Shown: positions 1 to 12,113 of the stretch, piece by piece | Position numbering within the stretch: position 1 is the stretch's first letter | Layout of the letters: the number at the start of each line of letters is the position of its first letter | Assembly (NCBI GenBank): GCA_907165135.1 | Contig: OU015567.1 | Location: 7,006,001 to 7,070,000 of the forward strand | Source of the DNA: Oikopleura dioica | Taxonomy: Eukaryota > Animalia > Chordata | Direction: 5' to 3' | Length of the DNA: 64,000 nt | Made by a program: the position numbers and the translations under genes | The notes under the pieces: model-generated | The model's database searches: none | The model's input: the letters and a program-made list of their open reading frames with translations, nothing else | What the model was told of the DNA's origin: nothing

Positions 1-429
1 GTCATTGGAATTTAAACGCATCATCACGAAACTTGTCCTTACTTCTGATACCGCAGAAATCTCATGCGTGCCTGGGTCGGTGACGATGTTCGCAGTAAAG
101 AAAGACAAAAAAATGGGTGATAAAACTTCTAGGGTGAATATCGTTGAAGTTTCTGACCCTCTCCGGCCACAAAATAATATCTCTATCGATGTATCATGCC
201 CTTTCAAGGATACTTACACTCTCAGGTGAGTAAAACTCAAAAGATTGACATGATTCGCTTGCCAGAAAATAACTTGAATGTTAGGTATTTGAAGAAGATC
301 GCCAAGACGCAGGGAACGTCGCCGATGGTGAAGCTTAGTTTCGAAGACGGCGTTCCGCTAATGATTGAATACGAAATCGAGACTTTTGGCGTAGCGCGAT
401 TTTTTCTTGCGCCGTTGATTCAAAACTGA
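1..429 (+). CDS. Divergent PCNA-like sliding clamp A, 5' truncated; exons <1-225 and 285-429
   Basis: Splicing the GT-AG intron 226-284 gives S-EFKRII..L...D...ISC...TYTLR|YLKKIAKTQGTSPMVKLSFEDGVPLMIEYEIETFGVARFFLAPLI. This matches the PCNA C-terminal pattern [49 protein letters not shown]. Confidence 0.9.
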
Positions 430-642
430 TTTCTGTGACCATGTTTTCCTTATTATTTTCAACTTATTTTGACTACTTACTTTTATTTTTACTATTTTTA
501 CTAACTGCCTTCGTTTCTTTAAAACACTATCTTTAAAGTATACTGCTTACTTGTTCCAACCAAATAACGCTACTCTGTCGCGAAGCGTTCTCTGCTGCTT
601 TCTGATCTAACAAAGAGTGTTCAGAAATCGGTAGCTGAGTGA

Positions 643-1319
643 ATGAGCGATTACAAGAGATTCGTCCACAACTTGAAATGTACCCTCAATTGTGTAGTTT
701 GCAGAGACGCCAGTCAAACTGCAAACCTCTACAGCTGCTGTGAGTGCAAAGTCATAATCTGTGGAGTTTGCATTGATGTGATGTCTGACGAAACCCGTCG
801 CGACAGAGTGAAATGCCCACAGTGTAATTATTTTTTGGCTAAGGTTTTGGACAAATACGTTTTTTGAAGTAACAGCTCATTTAGGGCAGTTTTATCCATC
901 TTCCTTGGGTTAACGCTGCTCTTCAGGATGTTCTCGGTACATGATAATTAATTGATCATTTTATTTATTTCTTTTTAGCCCTCGACGACCATTGCAGTCT
1001 TCAAGAAGCCACCATTTCAAAGTTGCAGGCGTCGATTGCCAATCTGGAAGAGGAAAAGAACGCCGAGCGTGCCGCAAAGTCGCACCAAAAAGCGCCGAAA
1101 TTCAAGGATGAAAATCAAGAAGACGCTCTTCGAGAAGACAAAGTAACGCCTCAAAAACGAAAATGGTATGTTAAGAAAGCTTATTCATATTGCTCCTCAG
1201 ATCTGGCATTATTTAGGCTGGCTATAAGCGGAGTTCAGTCAATCAAGACAATCTACAAGTCAACGCCTTTCATACCGAAAAAGACAAACTTAAAGGGTGA
1301 CAAACACGATTCTAGCTGA
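643..1319 (+). CDS. RING-like zinc finger plus coiled-coil protein, multi-exon; structure approximate
   Basis: 643-867 carries CVVC..CCEC..CGVC..CPQC. After an acceptor at ~978 the heptad-like sequence LQEATISKLQASIANLEEEKNAERAAK follows. Confidence 0.6.
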
Positions 1320-1482
1320 TTTGGTTGTTTTTTTTTTATTTAAATCGTCTGCGCTTCTGCCCAATAAAAAACAAATCTTTGAATTGATGTATTTGTAGGC
1401 TCTCCGTTTTGGATTCTGACAATTTGGAAATAGAAGCTTTGTTTAGCCCTGCTGACTTAAAACATACGTTAAGAATGTGAAT

Positions 1483-2280
1483 ATGGCTTCCGTCGTGTTT
1501 AAAAAGCCTGCCCTTATTATTCATGGCGTCTTCTCAACCTTCAAAAATGATAAGTTTATCCGAATGAGGTTCCGCGAAACGGGTTTCGAATTTCTAAAGT
1601 TAGTTGAAAAGGCGCCTCGTCCTTTACAACCAACAGAGCGCCTCTCAAACTACGTCTATTTGAATGAGAAGCGGCAGGTCTACGATTTTACAGGTAAAAA
1701 TATCAATAAAGATAACTTTTCACACTTTTTTACTCAACTTATACTTAATCCAGTGAAATGCCGCCAATTTAAAGAATTGCTGTTCAAAACGAGAAAAGCA
1801 GATTCACTGACATTAAAAGTCGAGGACTTCGACTCATCTAAACTTATGATAATTGGCAGTAAACGCGCGTTCGAAAAGCGTGTCGAGATTCAAGTAAGGC
1901 CCTTCAACGGTGAGCGGAAGCATGGAAGTGGGTGGCACGCGACCAGAACTGTGACACGATTCTATGACAAACGCGCAAGAATGCACAACGAGAGGGCAAA
2001 GAAGGCGAAGGAAGATGACGACTGCTCAATTGTGGAATTTTTCGTCGATAATCCTGATGAATTACCTTTTACGAATGACTATCGTGCTGGCCCGGTTACG
2101 CTTGATTTTCCACTCTCTGATTCAATGCAAGTTGATGTGCTGTCTCTCGCATCGATGTCGGTTAGGAGTATTAAGCGCAATCCCAAAATCTTCGGGAGAG
2201 CGAATGGTCGAAACGTATTTTTGCCGTCTCTTGATGACGATAAAATCGACGTTGAAGTGATGAAAATCCTTCAGTTACAG
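1483..2280 (+). CDS. Divergent PCNA-fold clamp B; probably the N-terminal module of a clamp-primase fusion
   Basis: KELLFKTRKADSLTLKVEDFDSSKLMII resembles PCNA [26 protein letters not shown], and GPVTLDFPL resembles EPVQLTFAL. Likely in-frame intron 1694-1753. The unspliced ORF stops at 2352. Confidence 0.6.
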
Positions 2281-2336
2281 GTTCAACAATATTATCTTAT
2301 GGCCTCAATTCTTATTTATAATGTGAACCCAAAAAG

Positions 2337-3697
2337 GCTAAACGAAGATTGACAACAAAAGAGTATTATCGATACCTCTTTCCTTACAAGGCTATCAAAA
2401 AACTTCTGACAAGAAATGGGGCGTTTGAATTCAAGATGCGTGACATTAGGTAAGTGATAAATTATCTTTCCGTATTTACAGCAATTAAGCTATTGCTACG
2501 ACTCGTCAAACGCTATCAAACGAGTTCGAAATTTCGTTATCCGCGACGATGTTCAGTTTATGAACATTTTGTGCAAAAAAAATCCTACACGTCTTGACGT
2601 CGGTGGGTTATTCGACACGACGACCTCTTACAGAAATGTTGCGACAGACAAACCCATAGGGCGCGAGGTTGATGCGGCAGTTCTTACGATTGTCTTCATT
2701 TGACATGTGTTTAGTTCGTGATCGACATCGACGTTACAGATTATGCGTTTCGATATTGTTGCGTCGGCAAGGGCATCTGCAATAGATGTTGGCGATTTCT
2801 TAGCGTTGCGTCACAGATTGTTGACACCACACTTCGGGAGGATTTCAATCTACGAGGAATTTTCTGGGGTTTGTCATTGGCAATAATGGTCTTCAATGAA
2901 ATTGTTTGCAGTCTTTAGCGGCCAGCGGGGGCTTCATGCTTGGTCAATGGATTCGAAATTTTTACAACACAGCCACCGAAGAAGCCTATCGATCCTTTCG
3001 TATTTGAGCAAAAAAAAAATGGCATACTATGGGAAGCGACTAGACCACACCTACTTCAAGCGTGCACTGGCTATCATCGACCGAAATTGGATTGATTTTC
3101 TCATGGAACAAGGTAATATTCTTTTGGTAAATGACCCTCTTTACATGTTATAAGAAATAATGACGTCAGATGAGAGAGTTATGAAGCTTCTACGATTCAC
3201 ACGACTGAACAGAAGCGAAAAGGAGGAGCTGCTAGAATCCATCAACACGGCTGAAACAACAGAAGAGAAATGGAATAAAGTAGAGGAACGATTAAACAAC
3301 GGGGACGTGATTGACGTGAACAGCTTGAAAGTGATTAAATTGAAAGTGCTTCTCCCCGAGATCGATGAGGCGGTAACAGCACAGAAAAGTCACCTGCTGA
3401 GGCTTCCTTTCTCAATTCACAATGAGACTGGAAAAGGTAGGCTTAATCAAGTGAACACGACGACAATTGACTTGTTTATTTGTAGTTGCATTGCCGTTCA
3501 ACGCGCCGGGTGCACAGTGGGAAGATCTTACCAAAGTTCCTTCGTTGACACTGTCGACTGATACGCTGATTATTCTAGAGCAAAGCAAAAAATACTTCGA
3601 CCATGCGCTACGTGACGCATTTTATTCAGTAACATATCAATTTTTATTCAGAGTGGTTATCTTATACTTCGCATGTCCGATCTCAAAACATTACTAG
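2337..3697 (+). CDS. DNA primase small (catalytic, AEP) subunit, PRIM1/PriS-like; exons 2337-2449, 2490-2667, 2715-2868, 2912-3112, 3155-3436, 3486-3697
   Basis: The spliced product has YYRYLFPY, NPTRLDVGG, RE|FVIDIDVTDY..CC..KGICNRCW, W|VFSGQRGLHAW and HLLRLPFSIHNETGK, the ordered PriS motifs (ELVFDID, SGRRGVHCW, HLLKSPFSVHPKTG). All introns are GT-AG; the exon sum is 1140 nt, in frame. Confidence 0.93.
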
Positions 3698-4118
3698 ATG
3701 AAATTGCAAGGTAAGTAACCGTTTTTAACCCTATGTAAAGTGTTCCTTAGTGCGACAGCGGAAACCTGCTACGACTTCTTTGCGGCGAAAATTAAGTCGG
3801 CGGTATCACGCGAAACACATATTCATCAGTACAATGTGATGATGATGCTAATGCAAAAAATGTAGGTTTTATTTGCTTGGGTTTCATCTAGCGACAAAAT
3901 AAGGGACCCAGTTGAAGCAACTCGACTTGGGCACAGATTGGCAAGGACTGTAAACTCAACAGTCTTCAATGCACAGGTAGAACTTGAGAAAGGACTTGGA
4001 AGGGACGAAAAGGAGCGGATCCAATCATGCATCGAAAGGTTTTTCTATCATATATTTCGAGACTTGATGCAGTTTCAGGACTCTCGCGAAGATCGACTAC
4101 GATAATGGGTGGACCTGA
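3673..4118 (+). CDS. Small 4-exon helical protein of unknown function (~110 aa)
   Basis: GT-AG splicing joins MSDLKTLLDEIA|SATAETCYDFFAAKIK..MQK|IDKIRDPVEATRLG..SCIE|RTLAKIDYDNGWT* into one open frame. Confidence 0.5.
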
Positions 4119-4238
4119 AGGAATGAGAAAATGTTATCGAACATGGTGCCTTTTTTTAACCGATAAAAATCGGCAACAATTGTTTTCTGTTCGTCTCAAA
4201 TAACAGTGTATCAAAACCATATCGCTCGTTTATATAGA

Positions 4239-5775
4239 ATGGAGTTTACTCTTGTTAATTCGGGCAAACTACGCAGGGCCATGATGACGGTGATTGATGA
4301 CGACCTGAGATTCAGGATAACGTTCCTGAATGGAAGCATCTGTTTTTCCGGTCATGACGATAGCATGCAGAAGTTCACGATCTGCGAACTCGACAAAGAA
4401 GTGCTTCACACTTACAAGAACTCAAACAATCTGCAGCGGACTTTTGAACGTAAGCTGAAACTCAATCTAAAAATAAAATAACAATTACCTAGTAACAAAC
4501 CCACGTCGACTGATTTGGGTTATGGAAACAGCGCCGCTGGGCGGTTATGTCTATTTCAAAGTCAGCGAGATTTCAGCGGATAGAGTCTCCGTGGTAACAG
4601 TGGCTGGCCAGAGAGAGGTGCAGTTGTACGCACATGCAGTTGAAACATTGGGGAACGAACCGTGGGATACAACGCAGTTCGACAATGATACGTTTGTCTA
4701 TTTAGAGAAGAACCGCTTCGCAACAGACATAGCCCTGCTCGCCCAAGGAAAAGATATAAAAGAAACGACTCTTAAAAAAAATTAAACATTTGCTTATCTC
4801 TTAAAAGTTGGAAAGGTGCTTGGAGTCCGAGTAATTGGCAAGAACAGATTCCAGCTATCGACTAATTGCAAACAAGAGATTATGAAGATAACCTGGGACG
4901 ATAACGAAGTCGACGAATCGCCGATGAACATCGAAAATGGAGCCGACAAACGCTGTTTCACAAATTTACAGTAAGCAATAAGAGGATTAAATTTACCCAT
5001 TATTTTCAAATAGACAATTGACGACGTTTGCAAAGAACAGCGAAGCGTGTAGCCTTGTTGCTGTGCGAATTGAAGAAGATATTCCACTTCAAATTACCGT
5101 CGATTTCGATTCTTACCAGGTGAGTTTTATTTCAAAGTGAAATCGAATGAACTCTCGCCAACCTAGGTCATTGCGCAATTCAAACTCCGTCCTGAACCAA
5201 TGAATACTGGATTTCGAGTTGTTGACCCGAATAACATGGAGGATGATCATTTAATGTTGATCCAGCACTTCGAAGATGAAACGGCCTTTCGCATGCATTC
5301 ACCTTATGCAAAAGAAAACAGGGATAGTAGCGGCGACAACGATAGTCAAAGTGCATCGGAAAATAGCGACGTCCCGATGGACGAAAACAACACGGAGAAT
5401 GCAACTACGGCGAGTTGCGAAGAGCCCAAAGACTCTTCAAAAGAAGATCCTCAGGAAAAAGTGGAAACGAATGAACAGTCAGATGAGCAAAGAATCGAGA
5501 CGGCGAAAGGACAGCATCATGATGAGCCACAGTCGGAGAAAGCAGATGTTGTCGACGAGCAAGAAAACAAAGCCGAGTGTCAGCACACTCCAATGAAAAT
5601 CGATCACAAGAGCGATGTTCCGTCGTGCGAGAAAAAAGCGAGCAACGAAGACAACGTCAGCGTTGTTTCAATGGCGGACACAAACGATAGCGATCCCGAC
5701 ACATTTGACAGTCCTCTAAACTCTGACTTCGAGTTTGAATCGCCAAACCGCTCCCCCTCTACTTCAGCAGACTAA
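4239..5775 (+). CDS. Divergent PCNA-fold clamp C with long acidic C-terminal tail (~447 aa); exons 4239-4449, 4493-4747, 4808-4970, 5014-5119, 5167-5775
   Basis: Exon sum is 1344 nt with an open frame. MEFTLVNSGKLRRAM ~ MFEARLVQGSILKKV; NLQRTFE|LTNPRRL ~ NLAMGVNLTSMSKIL; VETLGNEP ~ VEQLGIP; QLTTFAKNSEACSLVAVRIEEDIPLQI ~ [27 protein letters not shown]. The model needs one GA-AG intron (4748-4807). Confidence 0.8.
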
Positions 5776-6226
5776 ACTCTACAGCGTGAATTCATAAATA
5801 AACGGACATCATTTATTCTCGCCTGCTTACCTGCCTAGTAATCAAATCCGTCTTGTCGAATGCGAATTCTCTATTTTAATTGCTTCAAACCGCCGAAACA
5901 CTAACTGTTAACAAATGTGAGCTTGATGCATACCATTTGCCCTGTTTTTTGCCAGTTTAAACTCAAATCGTTCCCAATTCGTAAGCACGCTCCGCGTGCG
6001 CAGTATTTTATGATAGAAACCTACTTCAGTCCTTTTTGCCTTACTTAAGTGATCCAATTGACCCGCCTTAGCTTCATTGTTCGATGCTCGTACATAGTAA
6101 ACTCGCATAGCCAACTATCTCAAGCTTTAAATGTAGATGGCGTCTTTACGCTAACTGCGCTTTTTAAAATAGCGCCGCCGCTAAAAAGTTTTTTTCTTCA
6201 ATGCGCTTGGATCAGGATTTTAAATT

Positions 6227-7557
6227 ATGAGCATTCAGAATGAAAAGATTGGGAAATGATGCCAGCAGAGCGATTAATGTGACCGCAGCACCAGACACAC
6301 AAGGAAAGATACAATAATTCATAAGTTGATTAAAAAGACCTTATCTCGTAGTATTTGGTTGAACGAAACGTCAATAAATTATTCATCACTTGCAGACCAT
6401 ATCCAAGAAGTCGACACTGAAAGCTTTGCCTTAGCTGAACCAACAGCTTACGACAATCAAGACGAAAGGATGCAAAAAGAAGGTTCAGAAGATGATGAAC
6501 TCGATCCAGACGAGGAAGAATATCTGGCAGCGATTGCGAACTCCACTGACACACTCGATGCTGAGTTGGAGAGGCGCTTTATCGAAGCTGAGGAAGGGTT
6601 TAAATTCCAGATGCGCGTTTTTCGCAAAATCTTAGTTTACTTGAATATATTTTATTGATACCTACCTTAGAGCCTCTTGAATAGCTAGAAACCTGCGCAC
6701 AATAGATTATAAACCAATTTGAGTTCGAAGCAGAGTGCGCAGAATTCGAAGCTATGACGATTAATGAGCGTTATTCGGACGAGGAAATTGATGGACACTT
6801 CGAAGGAAGGAATAAAATTTAATAGAAAAAAAATAAAAGAAAGAAGGTAAAATTTTAATCCGACTGTCAGACGAAAGCAACAGTCCGTCTCCTCAAGCCA
6901 AGACTCTGGGACGACAGCGTTCGTTCGCACCGCTCTGCAATCAACGCGTTCGTCGCAATGCCATCCAACTCCACGATATTTAGGGTCGCAAATGTCATTT
7001 ACCTTTCACAAACGCCACAGAAAGATAAACAGAATTCATAAAATGCCATCCGGTAAATAGGAAATCCAGTTCAAGCTGAGTCTGAGGTGACCCTTAAAAA
7101 GTGAACAGGCTGTATTAGACCATTATGGATCTATCGACGCCTGGGAGCAGCATTGGGATGAAGAAACAGCTCAAGGGGAAAGCGACAATGAGTATCAGAC
7201 GAGGAAAGGTTGATACATGTCCATAGCTGGCAATAAATACATGATAAAACCTTTAAAAGCGATGCTGATGAAATTGAACCAGTAATGGAAAATATTTTCA
7301 TCAATAGTGAGCCGGCTCCAATTGAGATGAGAGAACACGGTCGAGTATACACCGAAGAAGAAGTCAGTGGCTTGGTAGTGGCCTACGATGATGGTCAGGC
7401 GCCAGAAGAGTTTCACTGCAACATCTGCATGAGCGAAAACATCGAAAACGTCGTCGGTCTACATTCGTGTAAACACTGTTTTCATCGCTCATGTATCCTG
7501 GACTGGTTTCGACGAAACCCGTCATGTCCAATCTGCCGTGCGAGCCAAATTGATTGA
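6227..7557 (+). CDS. Multi-exon acidic protein ending in a RING-H2 finger (putative E3 ligase)
   Basis: The last exon has CNIC..CKHCFHRSCILDWFRRNPSCPICR, a canonical C3H2C3 finger. Upstream acidic exons (6326-6658) probably belong to it; the 5' structure is uncertain. Confidence 0.7.
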
Positions 7558-7807
7558 AAGCAGGCAAACAGACGATTGGAAAAAATACGTCGAAAACCAT
7601 CGAAAGCGGGTCTTTCTTTTTTATATTTTCAAATTTTTCATATTTTTGCATCTCTGCATATAAACACATTTTGTACCTCAAGAGCAGCCATTCTATTCCT
7701 TAAAAGTTCACAAACTCAACAGATACTCGATTATAATACACCCTTTTAACATTAACACGTGAATCAACCCTTATCACAGAATTTAAGCGAACCACGATTT
7801 TCAGATT

Positions 7808-8439
7808 TTGATGGATCCCCTTGTTGTTGTGCAATCAGTCGTCCTTGAGTCAATTGGAACAGGAGAAGCCAATAAACATTTTAGAAAAGGAAAACAAAAA
7901 CATATTAACTTTATGTTTTATATAATTATATTCGGCCATTTAAAAGACGTTGTATGCAAATTGCAGCAAACCGTCACATACGTAGAAAGAAACCTGTATT
8001 TCTTAAATATTGCGCTCAGCCGGGAGGAGGATGAAGCTCCGGAAGAGCGTGGAGTTCAAATGGTGGTTGAAATGATACTCAGTCAACGTAAAGCGCGAAC
8101 ATCAGTCATTTTATAAAATATTACTAGAATCAACTCGAACAAGACTACGCAAGATAAAAAGGGAATTCAAGGTCGCCGGACGAAAGATCGAGCAATACCT
8201 GGCATCCCAGCACGGAAAAGATTGGAGGTACGAACTTTATTTCAAATCGTTCAGAAACGAAAATTAGCGAGCGAGTGAATCAACTTCAGCAGGATAATTC
8301 GAGCCCATACGAATCGACCTTATTCCTCGCGAACTGCGCAGAATCAGAATTGATGGCAATGGGAGAAGAGAATCTTCAAATACGGGACGACATCATCGCA
8401 TTGAACAACGATTCAATTCCAAGGACCTATCGCTATTAA
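7808..8439 (+). CDS. Multi-exon hypothetical protein
   Basis: Coding-like segments separated by short AT-rich GT/AG-bounded gaps; no recognisable domain. Confidence 0.35.
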
Positions 8440-8551
8440 ATTCCATCTGTCATGCGATTACTGTACACAATCGCTCGCTCCGCTCGCACAATAAAAACTG
8501 AAAATGTGTAAACTATCTGGCACGCAGAAACAGTAAAGATTTGGTTTAAGA

Positions 8552-10898
8552 ATGGCGCAACAGCTTGTTCGCGAACACGACGGAATCGGAATCCAGCAGC
8601 TCCCACCTGAAATTATGGAGTCTCCGGAAATAAGATTTCCAGTGAGAGTTTACGACTGGCTGCCACAATACGAAAACATAGATCTGGAGAAACTCAAGAA
8701 AATGACCGCGATGCGCAAACGGGCGCTTCAAATCGTTGAAGGTACATCATTATTAATCAATGCATTCTGAACATAGTTAAGTGGCACACAAAGAATGCGT
8801 CCACAGCGCTCTCATCAGAAGACGTCTAGATAACTGCTTCTTGAGAGACACAGAAGTAGAGTTGATTGGGCTCGACAAGCAGATTCCAACAAAAGAAGAT
8901 CGAGAAAACGACATAATTTCCCACTGGACACTCAGATTGGCGTATTGCAGGCATCCTTTCCTCAGAGACTGGTTCGTCAACAACGAGATCAAGCTTTTTA
9001 AGTACAGATTTCACGCCTTATCGGATAGCTGCAGAGGACAATTTATCCAGGTAATTTTCCAAATTCAAATCTGATAACATATATAATATTTTTTGTTTTC
9101 TAGGAAACAATGAAAGGAATAAAAGAAGTGCCGGATGAGATGAAAACCAACGAGTTTATTCAAACGCTTCAAGAGTGCAATAACATCCGTCCAAATAGAT
9201 ACGTAAGGACTGGTTTCGCGATCGTTAGGTTTAAAAATTCGGTTAAAAATTTCAAAGTGACGGTCATTTGCGCGGATTTTACTTTGCGCGGAAAAATACG
9301 TAACCCTAGCTAACCCTAATCCTGATTCTCACCAGGTTGAGACCTTAAAAACTTGATTTCGGCCAAAATGCGATATCGACATATCAATCGATAGCTCTTG
9401 AGCTCCTGATTCTAATGGTGATGGTCATTTTGAGTTTCGACTCAAAAATGAGGGGAAAATGGCGTTTAGGTAGAAAATGATCATCAATTCATGATCAGAC
9501 CTTGTAACACTGAGTTTGAATTTCACAGTGACGATCATTTGCGCGGATTTAACTTTGCGCGGAAAAATACGTAACCCTAGCTAACCCTAATCCAGATTCT
9601 CACCAGGTTGAGACCTCGAAAACTTGATTTCGGCCAAAATGCGATATCAACATATCAATCGATAGCTCTTGAGCTCCTGATTCTAATGGTGATGGTCATT
9701 TTGGTTTTCGACTAAAAAAATGGGGAAAAAATGGCGTTTAGATAGAAAATAATCATTTATTCATGATCAGACCTTGAAATACGATAACGGCAAAAATTAT
9801 TGATATTGCGAACCTGAAAAAGAGAAAACTGGTATCAGGCTCCTTGGGAAGAAGTTGAAAGCATTGTTGAAAGTCGGAATCTTCACATTTCGAAAGGAAT
9901 CGGTAAGAACTAAGCGTCTTAGCTTCTCATTTAAGAAATTTTATTTAAACCTATATAAAAACGCTCATTAAGCATTTTTTTTCGAGTCAAGCATCCATGA
10001 AGCCGTGGTGGTAAAATTCCAGAAAGAATGTAACAGATGGCTCGATGGACTTGCTCTCAAATACGATTTACTGATGATTAACGAAGGCGATAGACTAGGT
10101 AAAGAAAAAAGGCTCCAAAATAATAAGACTTTCGAAAGCAAAGATACTGCCGTCGTTCGCTGTCAGCTCGTCGGAGGATTACAAATCACAACAATTGCGA
10201 ACGCTCACCTTGGAGAACTTTACTAGACTTCGACATTCGTCGTTTCCGCCCTGCAAAAAAATGCTGCTTGATAAGCTCTCGGCAGATAAAAAGCTAAAAC
10301 ACAAGGTTATTGCTTATTTCAAGAGAATGCACATACTTATTTTCAGGGAAGACAGCAACTGTGGGCATTCATACGAGAAGCCGGGATGTCGCTACAGGAA
10401 GCACTTGAATTTACCTTCGATTCAATGACCGCTTATACAGATCCGAAGGCCGAATTTGACTATCAAGTCAAATATGCATACGGAAAAGTTGGACAGCAGA
10501 AAATCACCGCGGCGGCAACATGCGGCCAAAAGATAAATACCATTAAGACGATCGGAGAGCATCATCACTGTCCATTTAACAACTTGGCAGACACGTCGCA
10601 CTTCTTGCCAAATTGGGGAATACGAAGAGAAGAAATGCCCGACATTGAATCGCTAGTAAGCAGAGGTGAATCAAAGGAAGGGGAATTTATTAACCGTATT
10701 AGAGAAAATAAGAAAAAGACGTTAGTCAGTCAGAGCAAAAATACCCTATGACAGAATGCTTGCAGGCTTTTCATGAAACTGACTCATGAGAACATAGAAG
10801 GAGCGATGAAACATATTGGCTACAAAACGCCAAATCAGTACCTCGAGCAGAGTTTGGCGTGGAATAACGAAAAGACAAACAAAAATAAAAATGCCTGA
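8552..10898 (+). CDS. DNA primase large (Fe-S) subunit, PRIM2/PriL-like, ~8 exons
   Basis: ISHWTLRLAYCRHPFLRDWFVNNEIKLFKYRF ~ [72 protein letters not shown] and TPNQY follow in PriL order, including the Fe-S cysteines. Confidence 0.93.
9250..9785. repeat. Two ~270-bp direct repeats inside a PriL intron, with telomere-like TAACCC motifs
   Basis: GCGCGGATTT(T/A)ACTTTGCGCGGAAAAATACGTAACCCTAGCTAACCCTAATCC starts at ~9271 and again at ~9541; the following ~200 bp are near-identical. Confidence 0.9.
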
Positions 10899-11089
10899 CT
10901 TTCTGCGCAAAAAAACTTTCTTATGAACTGCACAGTAGAATCTCGAAAAGTTGAGTTCAAGAGTTTAGTTTAGAATGGCCTCTTCCAATACAATGGAAAC
11001 GGAGAATGACCGCGAAGCGCAACATCGGAGGGTAAATGCGTCTATTAGAAAATGATAAATGAGTAATTTAGGATGAGTCAGTCGAAAGG

Positions 11090-12113
11090 ATGGATACATC
11101 GAATGTACCATCAGGCGAGGAACAGCCAGCGACATTATGGGACCTCGTTCCAGAAGAAGAAACTGGCTACCAAATGCGACGGTCGACAAGCGTGCAGAGA
11201 CGCGCCGAACCCGTTTTTTTCCGAGCTATGAGAGGTCGATTAGCTAGAAACCGACGCGGCAGTCGACGCAATGGCGTTGGCAACGCGAGAACTGAGCAAC
11301 CGAATCGACAAGAATCAGGAAAATGGATCTTAAACTCAAACTTTTTATTGAATTAATTTATATCTGACTACATAAGAGCACGTGAATAAATGAAACACCG
11401 ATCCGAGAACAGCGAATTCTTCAGGACCAAGTCACGCCCAAATAAATAGAGCTCAAGGAGTGAACAATATTAGCCACCGACCAGCTGAAAATTCTCAAGC
11501 TAGAAACCAACCCGAGAATTCTGTAACAGGAAAGGCATATTCACAATTACTATATTCGAAAATAGTGAGAACTTAAAATGTCGATATAAATTGCAGTCCG
11601 AGGACGAAGAGCTGGATGGTGGACCAGAGACGACGACGCCAACTGGGATCGTGATCTTCAAAGCCGACCGCAAATGTACGAGTTAATATCTAGGGTCATA
11701 AAGAAAGAAAACGTGCTTGCGTTAGACAAGTTGATATTCAATTTTTACAAGCCAACGCACGAAAATATATATATTCACACTTCGACTAACAGAGTACAGT
11801 TTTGACCCGCAAAAGCCGCGAAACAGTACATTTCTTCCATCAAAATGAGGAACAGTGGCTGAGACGACACGAAAGTCGCCGCGCACGCGAGCGAGCTGCT
11901 GCACGGCCCAGGCGATACAACCCTAGACTGCAACAGATTCACTTTACAGCCGACGAGTTGGCGAGTGATGAAATCTGCACAGTCTGCTTGAGCCCACGCG
12001 AGGCGATCATGACTCGAATACCGGGCTGCGGGCATGTCTTTCACGAGAGATGTGTCCGACCGTGGATCGAAGCGCGCGGGCAATGTCCAAACTGCCGAGG
12101 AATGGCCGCCTAG
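11090..12113 (+). CDS. Arg-rich multi-exon protein ending in a RING-H2 finger
   Basis: The last exon has CTVC..CGHVFHERCVRPWIEARGQCPNCR. Upstream exon assignment is approximate. Confidence 0.75.

Noticed and set aside
1-10898. Calling these the host PCNA, PRIM1 and PRIM2 genes
   Set aside because: Three mutually divergent clamps, altered invariant motifs and tight clustering argue against housekeeping orthologs. This is not excluded without a genome search, so symbols were left blank.
1-10898. Archaeal or bacterial contaminant operon (PCNA+PriS+PriL)
   Set aside because: Every gene needs multiple spliceosomal introns and the motifs are eukaryote-type.
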